Shown in pieces: positions 10,895-21,696 of a DNA stretch of 35,049 nt; the stretch's first letter is position 1; each line of letters opens with the position of its first letter. A program made the position numbers and the translations under genes. The stretch comes from Octopus bimaculoides (Eukaryota). The stretch spans positions 140,338,498-140,373,546 of the forward strand of contig NC_068982.1 of NCBI RefSeq assembly GCF_001194135.2. The letters are read 5' to 3'. The notes under the pieces were generated by a model. The model worked only from the letters and a program-made list of their open reading frames with translations. It had not been told where the DNA came from and did not search any database.

Positions 10895-12417
10895 TACTTC
10901 GTATGAACATAATTGATTACATGAAACAAACACATATTTCCCATATTTTCCTCTTCTTTTTCATTCCTTATATCTGCTTTCTTTTACATTTTCTTCTTTC
11001 TCCACCATGTACTTCTACCGAGCTGTACCCGGATATTGACAACCGAGTCGCATAACCTGCTCATAAAATGTGTAACCCTGTACCTACATTATCATCAATA
11101 ATTCATACATTTGGTACTCATAACAGAAACTCTGTATCGTTTGATGCTTAATCTTTAGTCATCTACATCATTAAGCTGAGTGATATTCGTATCATTCGAT
11201 TGATACCTTATAAGTACTTGACTTTTCTTGTTATAAATGAATCGGAAATACATTGTGGAATTCGAACTCAAATCCTACATGACTTGAACTAATAGTTAAA
11301 TGTATTTCGCAAGTTACTTTGAATAAGAATCTGTTAATGCATCATTTCCAATATTGAAAAATCAATATTATAATGTGATCTGGAATATTTTAATTGGAGA
11401 AAGAAATTCTATGAGGATTTGATCAAATTCAACGATACTTTACCAACACATCTGAATATGAGATTAGTTTTAAAATGCCCGACAACCGGAATAAAACTTT
11501 AGTTGTATTCAGAATTGTTCTTTGTATTCTCATTTAAAATGATACTGAAGTGGACTCTTCTTTTCATCCTTTAAAAATAAGTAAATTAAAATATACGAAT
11601 CATGCGATAAGATCTCTTCAATCAACTTCAAATGGGTAGCCTAGAGATATGGGTGGGAAAATCCAGAAACTCATTTATTTTTTCATTTAACACAATCGAG
11701 TTATATACATAAACACACACACACATATACATACATATATATAGATAAAAGTGTGTGCATATAAATTCACTTTTATGCGTACATATATAGATATATACAT
11801 ACACGGAACAAATCGTCGCATGCAATACCTACAATGCTATACTCAACTTGATCGTCATAGTCATAGGGATTCGAAAGTACTACTAAAATTATCCCTGATA
11901 TCCATTGTCCATATATATATATATATATATATAGACAAAATACGTATCTGTCAGTTAGATATGCTTTTTTAAAAGACGAGATGCTAGAAGTCGCTATATT
12001 GGATTCGCAGTACAAGGAAACACTTAAAATATTATGATGTGAAGAGGCGCTCACACCTCGTTGAATTAGAGCCTCAGCTTACAAAATACGAATTACATGA
12101 AATTATCTCATGCCTGCTTACATACATACGTTTGTACACACACACACACACACACAAATATACATATATATATACACATACATATACACAAGAATAGATA
12201 GATATGTACGTATGTAAGCTGTTATATACCTAGTATGAATACATTGTCATTTCTTTCTGTTATTGAATATATATATACTTATTCACTTGTAGTCGAAAGC
12301 ATGGGTGCGTTTGTTTGGTAGAAATAGTAATCACAATTAAATATTACTGTGATACTCATTGCAGGTTAAGAGAAATAGGCTAAATAAAGCTCAGAAACGG
12401 CATATATATATATTTAT

Positions 12418-12829
12418 TTATTACATGTATATAAGAGGGATGCCCACTAAGTGGACATCCATTTTGCTAGAAGTAGACCACCTATGGTATGACCACTAAG
12501 AAAATATTGTTCTCAAGAAAATTCAGCAAACACCAGAACGTAAGTGAGCAAGACAAATGAAAAGATACAAAATATAAAGATGAATCATAAATAGATATGC
12601 CTATGATTACTCTTTATTAAACAACCAGCATGGTGAGAATTTGAACTCTAGTATTTTCTGATGACTATTATATTTTGTATCTTTTCATTTGTCTTGCTCG
12701 CTTACGTTCTGGTGTTTGCTGAATGTTTTTGAGAACAGTTTTTTTTCTTAGTGGTCAGACCATAGGTGGTCTGCTTCTAGCAGCATGGATGTCCGCTTAG
12801 TGGTCACCCCTCTTATATGTATGTAATAA
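12418..12829. repeat. Long inverted repeat / foldback element
   Basis: Arms 12418-12577 and 12668-12829 are near-identical reverse complements; 90-bp spacer. Confidence 0.9.
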
Positions 12830-13078
12830 TAACTTTTCTGGGATCTTTTTAAAACGGGGGCCACATTTTTCATTAACGAAACACTTTGAAACTTGGATCA
12901 CTGGTAGAATGTGTCATATAAAACATATTTTTCTCTTAGTCTTCTTAAAAAAAAAAGAAATCCATAAATTATTCCATGTTAAAGTTGTCGTATTTCTGTA
13001 ATTTCAACCAATCACTGACGTCCATTCAGCCGATATACATTAAGTGCCGACTACATAAACAAACGATTCTGAAGCAAT

Positions 13079-13148
13079 TAACCCTAACCCTAACCCTAAC
13101 TCTAACCCTAACCCTAACTCTAACCCTAACCCTAGGGTTAGAGTTAGG
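13079..13148. repeat. Interstitial telomere-like (TAACCC)n array that inverts to (GGGTTA)n
   Basis: About nine TAACCC/TAACTC units, then CCTAGG centre (13131-13136), then GGTTAGAGTTAGG running into a gap. Confidence 0.9.
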
Positions 13149-13545
13149 NNNNNNNNNNNNNNNNNNNNNNNNNNNNNNNNNNNNNNNNNNNNNNNNNNNN
13201 NNNNNNNNNNNNNNNNNNNNNNNNNNNNNNNNNNNNNNNNNNNNNNNNNNNNNNNNNNNNNNNNNNNNNNNNNNNNNNNNNNNNNNNNNNNNNNNNNNNN
13301 NNNNNNNNNNNNNNNNNNNNNNNNNNNNNNNNNNNNNNNNNNNNNNNNNNNNNNNNNNNNNNNNNNNNNNNNNNNNNNNNNNNNNNNNNNNNNNNNNNNN
13401 NNNNNNNNNNNNNNNNNNNNNNNNNNNNNNNNNNNNNNNNNNNNNNNNNNNNNNNNNNNNNNNNNNNNNNNNNNNNNNNNNNNNNNNNNNNNNNNNNNNN
13501 NNNNNNNNNNNNNNNNNNNNNNNNNNNNNNNNNNNNNNNATATAT

Positions 13546-14148
13546 AGTTACGGCTAAGAAAGAAATAAAACAGTAAATATAACACACAAGTCCATAATAA
13601 TTCAAATATGTTTTTAGAAAGAAATGTCAAAGCTCACATGAAAAACAGCGGGAAGCTGTTATAATATATTAGCGTTCACGGCACAAAACCGTCACAAAAT
13701 ATTAGAGTTCAAAGCAGTCCTTGTTGATTGAATATTCAATGTTGGAGATACGAGGTCATCACAAAATGCTAGAGTTCAAATTCTCAGTATGGCGGTGAAA
13801 ACAAAAGAGAGGTCACACTTTATCTTCTTGTGTTGTTTAATGTTTTGGTCAATTATCACAGAAGAGCAAGAAAAAGAGATATATTTCTGAGAACAATGGG
13901 AGAAAACTATAGGTGATTCATATCTATTTTCAGCTTTTGGTAGCATAAAAGGGGTCAAACGCGTCAAGTGGAAAAGATATAAATCGACTTAGCAAAGCCA
14001 TGTGTTCAATATCACTGGTGTTAACCTTTGTCTCTACGTGAGTAAGTGCTGTTGTAACTTAAAGAATTCCATGGATTAAGGTTCGAATCTATATGCTCAA
14101 AAGAAATCCACTATTAATTTTCCTCCCAAGGAAAATGCACTCGTAACA
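13546..14148 (-). repeat. 3' LTR (about 603 bp)
   Basis: Begins TGTTACGAGTG on minus strand directly after the PPT; terminal base appears mutated next to a (TA)n gap edge. Confidence 0.85.
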
Positions 14149-14150
14149 GT

Positions 14151-14161
14151 CTCTCCCCCTT
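14151..14161 (-). promoter_or_regulatory. Polypurine tract
   Basis: AAGGGGGAGAG on minus strand 2 nt before the 3' LTR TG. Confidence 0.85.
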
Positions 14162-14344
14162 ACGGAAAAGCAAGTTTCACAGAAGCATTCTGTAAGAATA
14201 ACTATACTAATACAACCAATCAATACCCAACCGGTACACAACCGATCGAAACGCCTTACACACAAAATTTTAGCCTTGATCAGATCAAGCAACATCTGGC
14301 CAACTTAACTAAAAAAAAAAAAAAATAATAAATAAATCGTCAAT

Positions 14345-14890
14345 CATAAGAACGGCAATCCTACGAAGAAGAATGCCTTCAGGAAATCTTATAGAATCAC
14401 AGATGATAATGAGAAGATACTGATTACCAGACTTAATCTTAGGTAACGGACCAACACAAACAACAATAACCTGACTGAAAGGTTTTCCAATAATTTGTCA
14501 TGCGTGACAGGTTTACAAAATTGAGCCTTATCTTGTCCTAAACTAGGCCCTCAAAAAAATGAGCGAAAATTTTCGCACAAGTTTTCTCTACACCTAAATG
14601 ATCTTCCATAGGACTTTCATGTACCAATGAAAGTACATGACTTCCAAATAGTTTTGTTACCACAATTTCATTGTGCACTTTCCACTCATCCCTAAATTAG
14701 TAGCAAACTGGAACCTTTCTAATCTCGTCAAAAGAAATAGCCTTATTAGCTAACATCTGCAACTCAGCATCCTCACCCTGTGCACTAACAAGTTGCTCTC
14801 TAGAAAGTATGTGGTCACCACCTGACCGATCATCAGACCTATCAAGAAGGCCAGAAGAGTCACTACCCTTTGAAGATAAGTCATCAGCCT
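14345..14890 (-). pseudogene. Decayed integrase N-terminus (HHCC) and start of catalytic core
   Basis: LSREQLVSAQGEDAEL, EWKVHNEIVV..LVHESPMEDHLGVEKTCAKIFAHF..PSL..FCK, then VGPLPKIKSGNQYLLIIICDSIRFPE; truncated near 14340. Confidence 0.85.
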
Positions 14891-15400
14891 CTACCAACAA
14901 AAAAAATGACCCATGAAAGTACCTGACAAATCACAAATAAAATCATTAATCAAAGAAAACTTGGAAGAGATGTCTTTCGACATCGAAAGAGGCACTGTAC
15001 AAGAAGGAAAAATACCGGGAAAATCCGCTTGTAACTTTTCTGTAGTAACTGAATTCTCTTGAGAAACAGTAACAATCGGATGAGCACCAACCTTGGATCC
15101 CATAAAAGCATTTCCGATCAAGAAATCGAAATCCGGGACTTGGAGAGTGTCATGAACACCTACTTTCACCTTACCAGAAATCAAATCTGAAGTTAAATTC
15201 ACAGGTAGAGGAGCAGAAACAATGTCACACATACTCTGAAGCAAAACGTCTGATTTCGCTGAATACATCACAGAAAGGAAAAGACCTCCTTCAAAATTAG
15301 CGACTGAAGAACTCCAGTATCCTTTAAATTAGTATTGCGCCGTGGAGTAAACTTATCTCCCATTATTGACACGGAACCTTTGTAAAGAAATGGCAAAACT
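14891..15400 (-). pseudogene. Decayed aspartic protease region
   Basis: KDTG active-site motif (DTG at 15313-15321) followed by VLLQ..LTSDLISGKVKVGV..FLIGN (ORF 14891-15271). Confidence 0.8.
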
Positions 15401-15499
15401 CCTTCCGAACTATGGAATCTGGGGGCATACTCTCACAAACAAACTCTCCGAACAGAAAGGCTTAGGTGCGACAGACACAGAAGCGTTTGGGGAACCTGT

Positions 15500-16610
15500 G
15501 AATTGATCTTTATACTTAAGTCTGGGACATGCCGAGATCAAATGACCCGGTCTATTACAATGTGCACAAACAGGACCAACACCAGTGGGAATCCTAGAAT
15601 TATGCTGGGATGAATGCGACCGGCAGTCTGAAAGATTTGAACACGTTCTATCACCAGTGGAACCTGCATGATCTGAACTCCTACCCGGGTGGAGAGAACA
15701 CTTTGTTCCAAAAGATGACGACCGAAAAGTGTCCCTGTGAGTCAGGTATTAGTCATCCGCCAACATAACTGCACTCTGTAAAATAACGTTTTGTTCATCC
15801 AAATAAATCCTGAGGTCAGAATGAACACTGTTTAAAATCCTCCATCAAAACTATCTGCTTCAAACTATCAAAATCTGTGATCTCCTTAGAACTACACCAC
15901 CTATCCAAGTTCACTTCTCCCTAGGATACTCTACAAATGTAGCATTATCCATTTTATGAGCATTCCTAAATTTCTGTCAATAAGATTCGGGCACTAACTC
16001 ATAAGCTTTTTGATGGTTTCTTTTAACTAGATCATAATCTAAACTCTGCTCAACGGATAAGGCCGAAAATGTGTCTTGAACCTTAGCTTCCAACACAGTT
16101 TGCAGTCACATGGTCCATGACTCCATAGGCCACTTCAGGTTTTCAGCAAGCTTTTCAAAATGTAGAAAATACTTGTCTATTTCTTTTTCATTGAAAGTCC
16201 GGAATGTCTCGCAAATTCAAAAGAAGAAGAATGTGAAGCAGTTTCTAGCATTATAAGCTCAATTTCCTTTTCAATTTCAAGCTTTGTAAGCTCTGTTTCA
16301 TATATTTTTCAAATTTTTTAAGTTCTAATTGAACCTAGAGCCTTTTTTATTTCCAAATGATTTGAAGGGTCCTCCTTTACTATCTTCAAAACCCCGTGTC
16401 CGAAAACTCCTTCATAGACGATGTGATTGAAAATCTGCGATTTTCTCATAGCAAGTTTAGCCTCAAGTTAGAAATGCGCAGAAATGTCCGATAGATCCGA
16501 TTTGGGCAAGGTACCGACTGTCTCAGAGGGAGGGTATTTAAGAAAATCTAGTTTTTAACGGCATTGTTTTTTGGTTTCACCGTTAACTTGCTTGCAGACG
16601 GAAAAAAGTC
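15500..16610 (-). pseudogene. gag: Decayed gag (capsid with SCAN-related segment and CCHC zinc knuckle)
   Basis: Frameshifted remnants FNEKEIDKYFLHFEKLAENLKWP, AYELVPESY*QKFR, FDSLKQIVLMEDF, and CAHCNRPGHLISAC (15527-15568); 5' boundary approximate. Confidence 0.85.
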
Positions 16611-16677
16611 ATGCATAAAAATGAAATGGATCTCTCCGACTTTTTTTTTTTCTTTTTTACAAAATGTCTCTAAGGAA

Positions 16678-16700
16678 TTCAAATCCCGGACGAGCAACCA
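16678..16700 (-). promoter_or_regulatory. Primer binding site complementary to tRNA-Pro
   Basis: Plus strand TTCAAATCCCGGACGAGCAACCA matches the eukaryotic tRNA-Pro 3' end (TTCAAATCCCGGACGAGCCCCCA) with 2 mismatches, 5 nt from the 5' LTR end. Confidence 0.9.
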
Positions 16701-16705
16701 ATTTT

Positions 16706-17525
16706 TGTACCGTTAAAACAGATGTAAAACAGCAAATAAAGCAAACAAGTCCATAATAATTCAATTATGTATTGAGAAAGAAATGCCAAAACTCACTTGA
16801 AAGATAGCGGGAAGCTGTTATAATGCATTAGAATTCACGGCACAAATCCGTCACAAAATATTACAATTCAAAGCAGTCCTTGTTGATTGAAAACCAGTGT
16901 TAGAAATACGAGGTCACCACAAAATGCTAGAGTTCAAATTCTCAATATGTCGGTCAAAAGAAAAAAGAGGTCACACTTTTTATCTTGTGTTATTTACTGT
17001 TTTGGTCAATTGCAGTTGTAAGTCAAAGTGAAAGATAAGAGTAACAGCGAATAGAAGAGGGAGAGAGAATGATGTTATCGTTCTGTCTATCATTTTAGCA
17101 ACAGCGGAGAGAGAAAGAGAGAGGATGTCACTTGTCAGAGAAAAGGTGACCGAGTGAAAGTCTCCGGTCGTGGTCTTTTCATTTCACCAACTAAACTGTC
17201 CTTGCAGGAATTAGTATTTATAATTATCACAGAAAAGCGTGCAAGAGAGACATACATCCAAGAACAATGGGGGAAAACTGTTGTATTTGATTCTTACCTA
17301 TTTTCAGATTCTGGTGGCATAGAAGGGTCAAAAAGAGTCAGGAGGAAAATATATAAATCAACTTGGCAAGGCCATGCGCTTAATGTCACCGGTGTCAAAT
17401 ATTGTCTCTCCGTGAAAGAGTGCCGTTATAATTTAAAGGGCAATTCCATAGATTCAGGTTTGAATCTACATACCCAAAAGAAATCCACTATTTTCTTCTT
17501 CCCAGCGAAAAAAACACTCGTAACA
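16706..17525 (-). repeat. 5' LTR (820 bp)
   Basis: Begins TGTTACGAGTG and ends GTACA on minus strand; alignable to 13546-14148 apart from a 214-bp extra segment (17012-17225). Confidence 0.85.
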
Positions 17526-17559
17526 AAATTATATATATGTGTGTGTGTGTGTGTCTACG

Positions 17560-17725
17560 TTTTTGTTTCGTTCTCACTCCATCTGTTTCCTCTCAATCCT
17601 GTCGACGAGCGTAGGCTCGAAACGTGACAGTTCTCTATTCTTCTTGAGCATTAAACTAATACATCTGCGTGTTGTTCCCTCAGCTGTCTTCATCCTTTGC
17701 TTTCTGAAAATCTAATCTACACACA
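17560..17725 (+). mobile_element. Penelope-like terminal fragment
   Basis: GAGCGTAGGCTCGAAACGT motif and AGCATTAAACTAATACAT, shared with 32465-32692 on the minus strand. Confidence 0.5.
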
Positions 17726-18064
17726 GACACGCACGTATATATATATATNNNNNNNNNNNNNNNNNNNNNNNNNNNNNNNNNNNNNNNNNNNNNNNNNNNN
17801 NNNNNNNNNNNNNNNNNNNNNNNNNNNNNNNNNNNNNNNNNNNNNNNNNNNNNNNNNNNNNNNNNNNNNNNNNNNNNNNNNNNNNNNNNNNNNNNNNNNN
17901 NNNNNNNNNNNNNNNNNNNNNNNNNNNNNNNNNNNNNNNNNNNNNNNNNNNNNNNNNNNNNNNNNNNNNNNNNNNNNNNNNNNNNNNNNNNNNNNNNNNN
18001 NNNNNNNNNNNNNNNNNNNNNNNNNNNNNNNNNNNNNNNNNNNNNNNNNNNNNNNNNNNNNNNN

Positions 18065-18095
<31 letters not shown>

Positions 18096-19128
18096 CAATG
18101 AAAATTGAGGGCGCATGCATGTTAATATTCTTAAGTTATTACACCTGGAAAAGTACAGAACAAGATTACCACAGAAGAATTTGCCTAATTCGTCACCTCT
18201 AAAGGAAATTAAAAAGTACTTAGAATAAAAATTCTACTGTACTTAAAATGTTGCATCTCAGAAAAATTCTTTTTAAAATTTGCTATACTTTAGTAAAATT
18301 AAAATAAAGACATTACTAGATTCTTCCAAAAATAAGCCCAACCGATTTTAAGCCTATGGTTTTATATTCAGAAACTCTTTTCATGTATAGCGCTATTAAT
18401 TTTTATTATTGGCCTTATTTTTGGTAAAAGTAGTATTCTATAAATGAGAAAATAAAATTTAGTTTGAAAAAATGCAGTACAATTAGCTTGTTTAGTCATC
18501 ACTAGGAGAAAATTAAAAGTAAAGAATTAGGTGAAGTAACGAATTAGCCAAAGACTAATTAGGCTGATTCTACTGTATTAAATTTTACTTATGATTTGTC
18601 AGATTTTTTTTTAATGTGGAAGAATTGACTGAGCATATGGTCGATTTGAAACTGTTTAATGACCATTTTACCGCATTCAAAATATTTTTATTTTTGTAGT
18701 GGGGTTTCAGTTCAATTGAAAAAAAAAAGAAACTTTTGTGCAATATTATTTACAACTTCTTATTTTTATTGTTTGTACTTGATACAACTAAATAAAATAA
18801 CAATTTTAATTGTATATTTCAAAAGACAATTTAAAAAAATCTGTTTGAATTTAGTTTTCAATATTTTTGTATCATGTTTTTAAAGATATACTTGTTTTTT
18901 TTTAGATTCTCATAAGATAAATTCTCAAACTTACCTAATATAATGTATTTTAATTTCAAAAATGTCATTCTCGGCTGCAATATTTTAAGTACAGTCGAAC
19001 TAAAATTTTAAGTACATTTTAGTTTCCTTTACAAGTGACTAAACACATTCTACTGCAGAAATCTTGTCACGTACTTTTCCATGTGTAATAACTTAATATT
19101 ACCATGCAAGCGCCTTCATTTTTCATTG
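18096..19128. mobile_element. Long-TIR non-autonomous DNA transposon (MITE/foldback), TA flanked
   Basis: TA|CAATGAAAATTGAGGGCGCATGCATG.. and ..CATGCAAGCGCCTTCATTTTTCATTG|TA; inverted similarity extends about 180 bp (to about 18272 and from about 18957); AT-rich noncoding interior. Confidence 0.8.
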
Positions 19129-19629
19129 TAATCCACTTATTTTTCCAGGCAATGCAATATAACTAATAAATATTCTCTTGTTAAAAAAAGTATTTGAATC
19201 ATTTTTCATTGTTGATGATTAAATTAAAATAAGACTTTTTGTTGTGCTTTTTAATTTTCACATTTTTTCTCAAATTCTAAAAAGGCAAATTTATGTGGAT
19301 AGGGTTTCGTTGCATTCGCGAATATAAAAACGAATAAAAGAATGCAAAAATATCCAATGTATCCACCGTAAAGTAGGAGGAGCCACCTATCTTTGTTAGG
19401 TCAAAGTTAGTTTGTTAGTCGAAATTCATGCAAAATGAAAGGGAAGACTGCAACACAGCTACTGTTCTTGGCTTCTTGCCAGAAAATAAAAAATCTCAAT
19501 CCCGCTACTCTGAAAATTCAATCGTATTATCTGAAAGGAGAAAGCTTGTCAATTTACACTAAGAAATAATAATCTAAATTCTGGTATTCTTAGTATTGAA
19601 TTAAAATTAAAAAGCAAACAAACTTATTA

Positions 19630-20340
19630 AAACTTCAGACGTTCTTACAACTTTGGTCGTGGTAAAGTTTTGCTTTCGTTTGTTTGATAAAAATTCCTCA
19701 GTCTTTCATGTTTTCCTTTAGGTAGCGTTATCTCAATCCAATGTGGTGGTAATTTTATTTCAATCCGTTGTTCGTTTTCCACTTCCTTCCTTACCTGTTG
19801 AAGGCTCCGGTTCCTGTGTTCTATCCCTCGTTGCTTCATTTTCTCTCCTTTTTCGCCGCTTTCCTCTTCTTCAATGGAGATTCACTATTTCCTCTCTACT
19901 CAACTTCAGTAGACTCTGCTTCCTTCTCTTATTTCCTTTAATTCTTCTTCCTGACAATCCCTCTCATTAACGAAGCATACCTCCACCGTGCCGTATTTTC
20001 GTCCCCTGTTAAAAAAGTTATTACTACTTTTGTGTCCTTCAAACATTCTTCGATCTCTTCTACGTTAGCTATTTCTACTTTCTTGTCGCTATATTTAGCG
20101 TTCGATAAGTAATTATTTTCTTCTCTGCCCTCTGCTTTACCTCCTTTGGTGGTGTCAGCCGTAGGCATCCTCCTTCCTTCCTCAATAAATTACCGAATTT
20201 CTTGAAGTCTTTGTCTTTCACCTCCAGTTCCCATACCTGCAGAAGCTTGGCTGTCAGGATTTTGCCTGTTACTGCAGCATAACTGCCTGTCTAGACCTGC
20301 ATTTTTTAGTTATTCACCACTTCTCCCATAAATGGGTAAG
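19630..20340 (-). mobile_element. Decayed retroelement ORF1-like fragment
   Basis: Purine-rich minus strand with broken frames SYAAVTGK.., KVEIANVEEIEECL.., NRGRKYGTVEVCF; resemblance to LINE ORF1 regions is from memory and weak. Confidence 0.35.
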
Positions 20341-21047
20341 CGAAACAAAATTTTCAACAATCCAAAAAATCACAAATTCAACACAGTGTCCAACAATTCA
20401 ACAAGATTAATTCAATTAACAAAGCAATAACTCACATGAGAGCGAAATCAAAACACAACTACCTTAGTAACAATTCTCTGAAATAATTATTATGTACGTA
20501 TGTATGTGTATATATATGTATGTGTGTGAGTGTTTATTTACGATGGAGAACAGAGGAGTCCACTTGTCATCTATTGTTGTCAACTTAGTCCCACTCACCT
20601 TTGTTTCACTTCATGGGTGTTTTAAAAGTTACTTATGTGGATGTGTGCATTGTTTGTGTGTGTTTACGACAGTATGTATACAGCGTTACGTGTATATCTC
20701 TGAAGTTGATTCCAGGTGATATTCTCCCCTTTTTGACCTCACATATTTGAAATCACAACCTTTTCTGCTATTGAACCAAAGTTCAAATTTTATTGTTCGA
20801 AATGTAGCTTAGGAAGTGACCAATCTCAAAATGAATAAACATAATCAAATTTAGTAAAACCCGAAGTAGTGACAAAGCATAGAAATGGTCGCCAGTGAGT
20901 AAATGTTGACCTTAATAATATCATTCACGCACTGCCATGTGTGAATGATATTTGTTGCAATATAACGTATTCTATGAATATCAGGTAGATCTTTGCAAGA
21001 AAAATAAATACTGAATTCAATCAAACGTTTTGCAATATTGGCTTTCA

Positions 21048-21215
21048 TTTATAGCCGAAAGGCATCAAACACGGAGGAGAGGAAAGTAGATTACATCGAC
21101 CTCAGTGCTCAGCAGATACTCATTTTATGGAGTACCGAAAAGATAAAAGAGAAAAACAATCTTGGTGGAATTTGAACACAGAATATCAGGACACACAAAA
21201 TGCCGCGAAGCTTTC
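21048..21215 (-). mobile_element. SINE family A, diverged
   Basis: Reverse complement contains GTGTTCAAATTCCACC, TTTTATCTTTCGG, CACTGAGGTCGATGTAATC. Confidence 0.65.
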
Positions 21216-21306
21216 ATCCTTTAGGGTGTGAATTTGCTTTTAGACATTACCATTGTTTGCGGCATATTTGGCCCTAGTATTTTTTTCTCTTTATATAATT
21301 AGCATC

Positions 21307-21696
21307 GTGGAGGCGCAATGGCCCAGTGGTTAGGGCAGCGGACTCGCGGTCATAGGATCGCGGATTCGATTCCCAGACCGGGCGTTGTGAGTGTTTAATG
21401 AGCGAAAACACCTAAAGCTCTACGAAGCTTCGGCAGGGGGTGGTGGCGTACCCTGATGTACTCTTCCACCACAACTTTCTCTCACTCTCACTTCCTGTTT
21501 CTGTTGTGCCTGTAATTCAAAGGGTCAGCCTTGTCACACTCTGTGTCACACTGAATATCCCCGAGAACTACGTTAAGGGTACACTTGTCTGTGCAATGCT
21601 CAGCCACTTGAAAGTTAATTTCACGAGCAGGCTGTTCCGTTGATCGGATCAAGGGGAACCCTCGACGTCGTAAGCGACGGAGTGCCAACAACAACA
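21307..21696 (+). mobile_element. Full-length tRNA-derived SINE (family C) with 12-bp TSD
   Basis: A-box TGGCCCAGTGG (21319-21329), B-box GGATTCGATTCC (21362-21373), (CAA)n tail, exact TSD ATAATTAGCATC at 21295-21306 and 21697-21708. Confidence 0.92.

Larger units (their letters stand above)
13546..17525 (-). mobile_element. Ty3/Gypsy LTR retrotransposon, Gmr1-like domain order, internally deleted (non-autonomous)
   Basis: Two related LTRs, PBS, PPT, decayed gag with CCHC knuckle, DTG protease and integrase N-terminus; no RT/RNaseH motifs seen. Confidence 0.9.

Noticed and set aside
13079-13148. Ancient telomere-telomere fusion site
   Set aside because: A fusion reads (TTAGGG)n then (CCCTAA)n; here the order is reversed and the array is short.
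17154-17627. 157-aa plus-strand ORF
   Set aside because: Lies antisense within the 5' LTR and runs through a microsatellite; the homologous segment of the other LTR is not open; no homology recognised.
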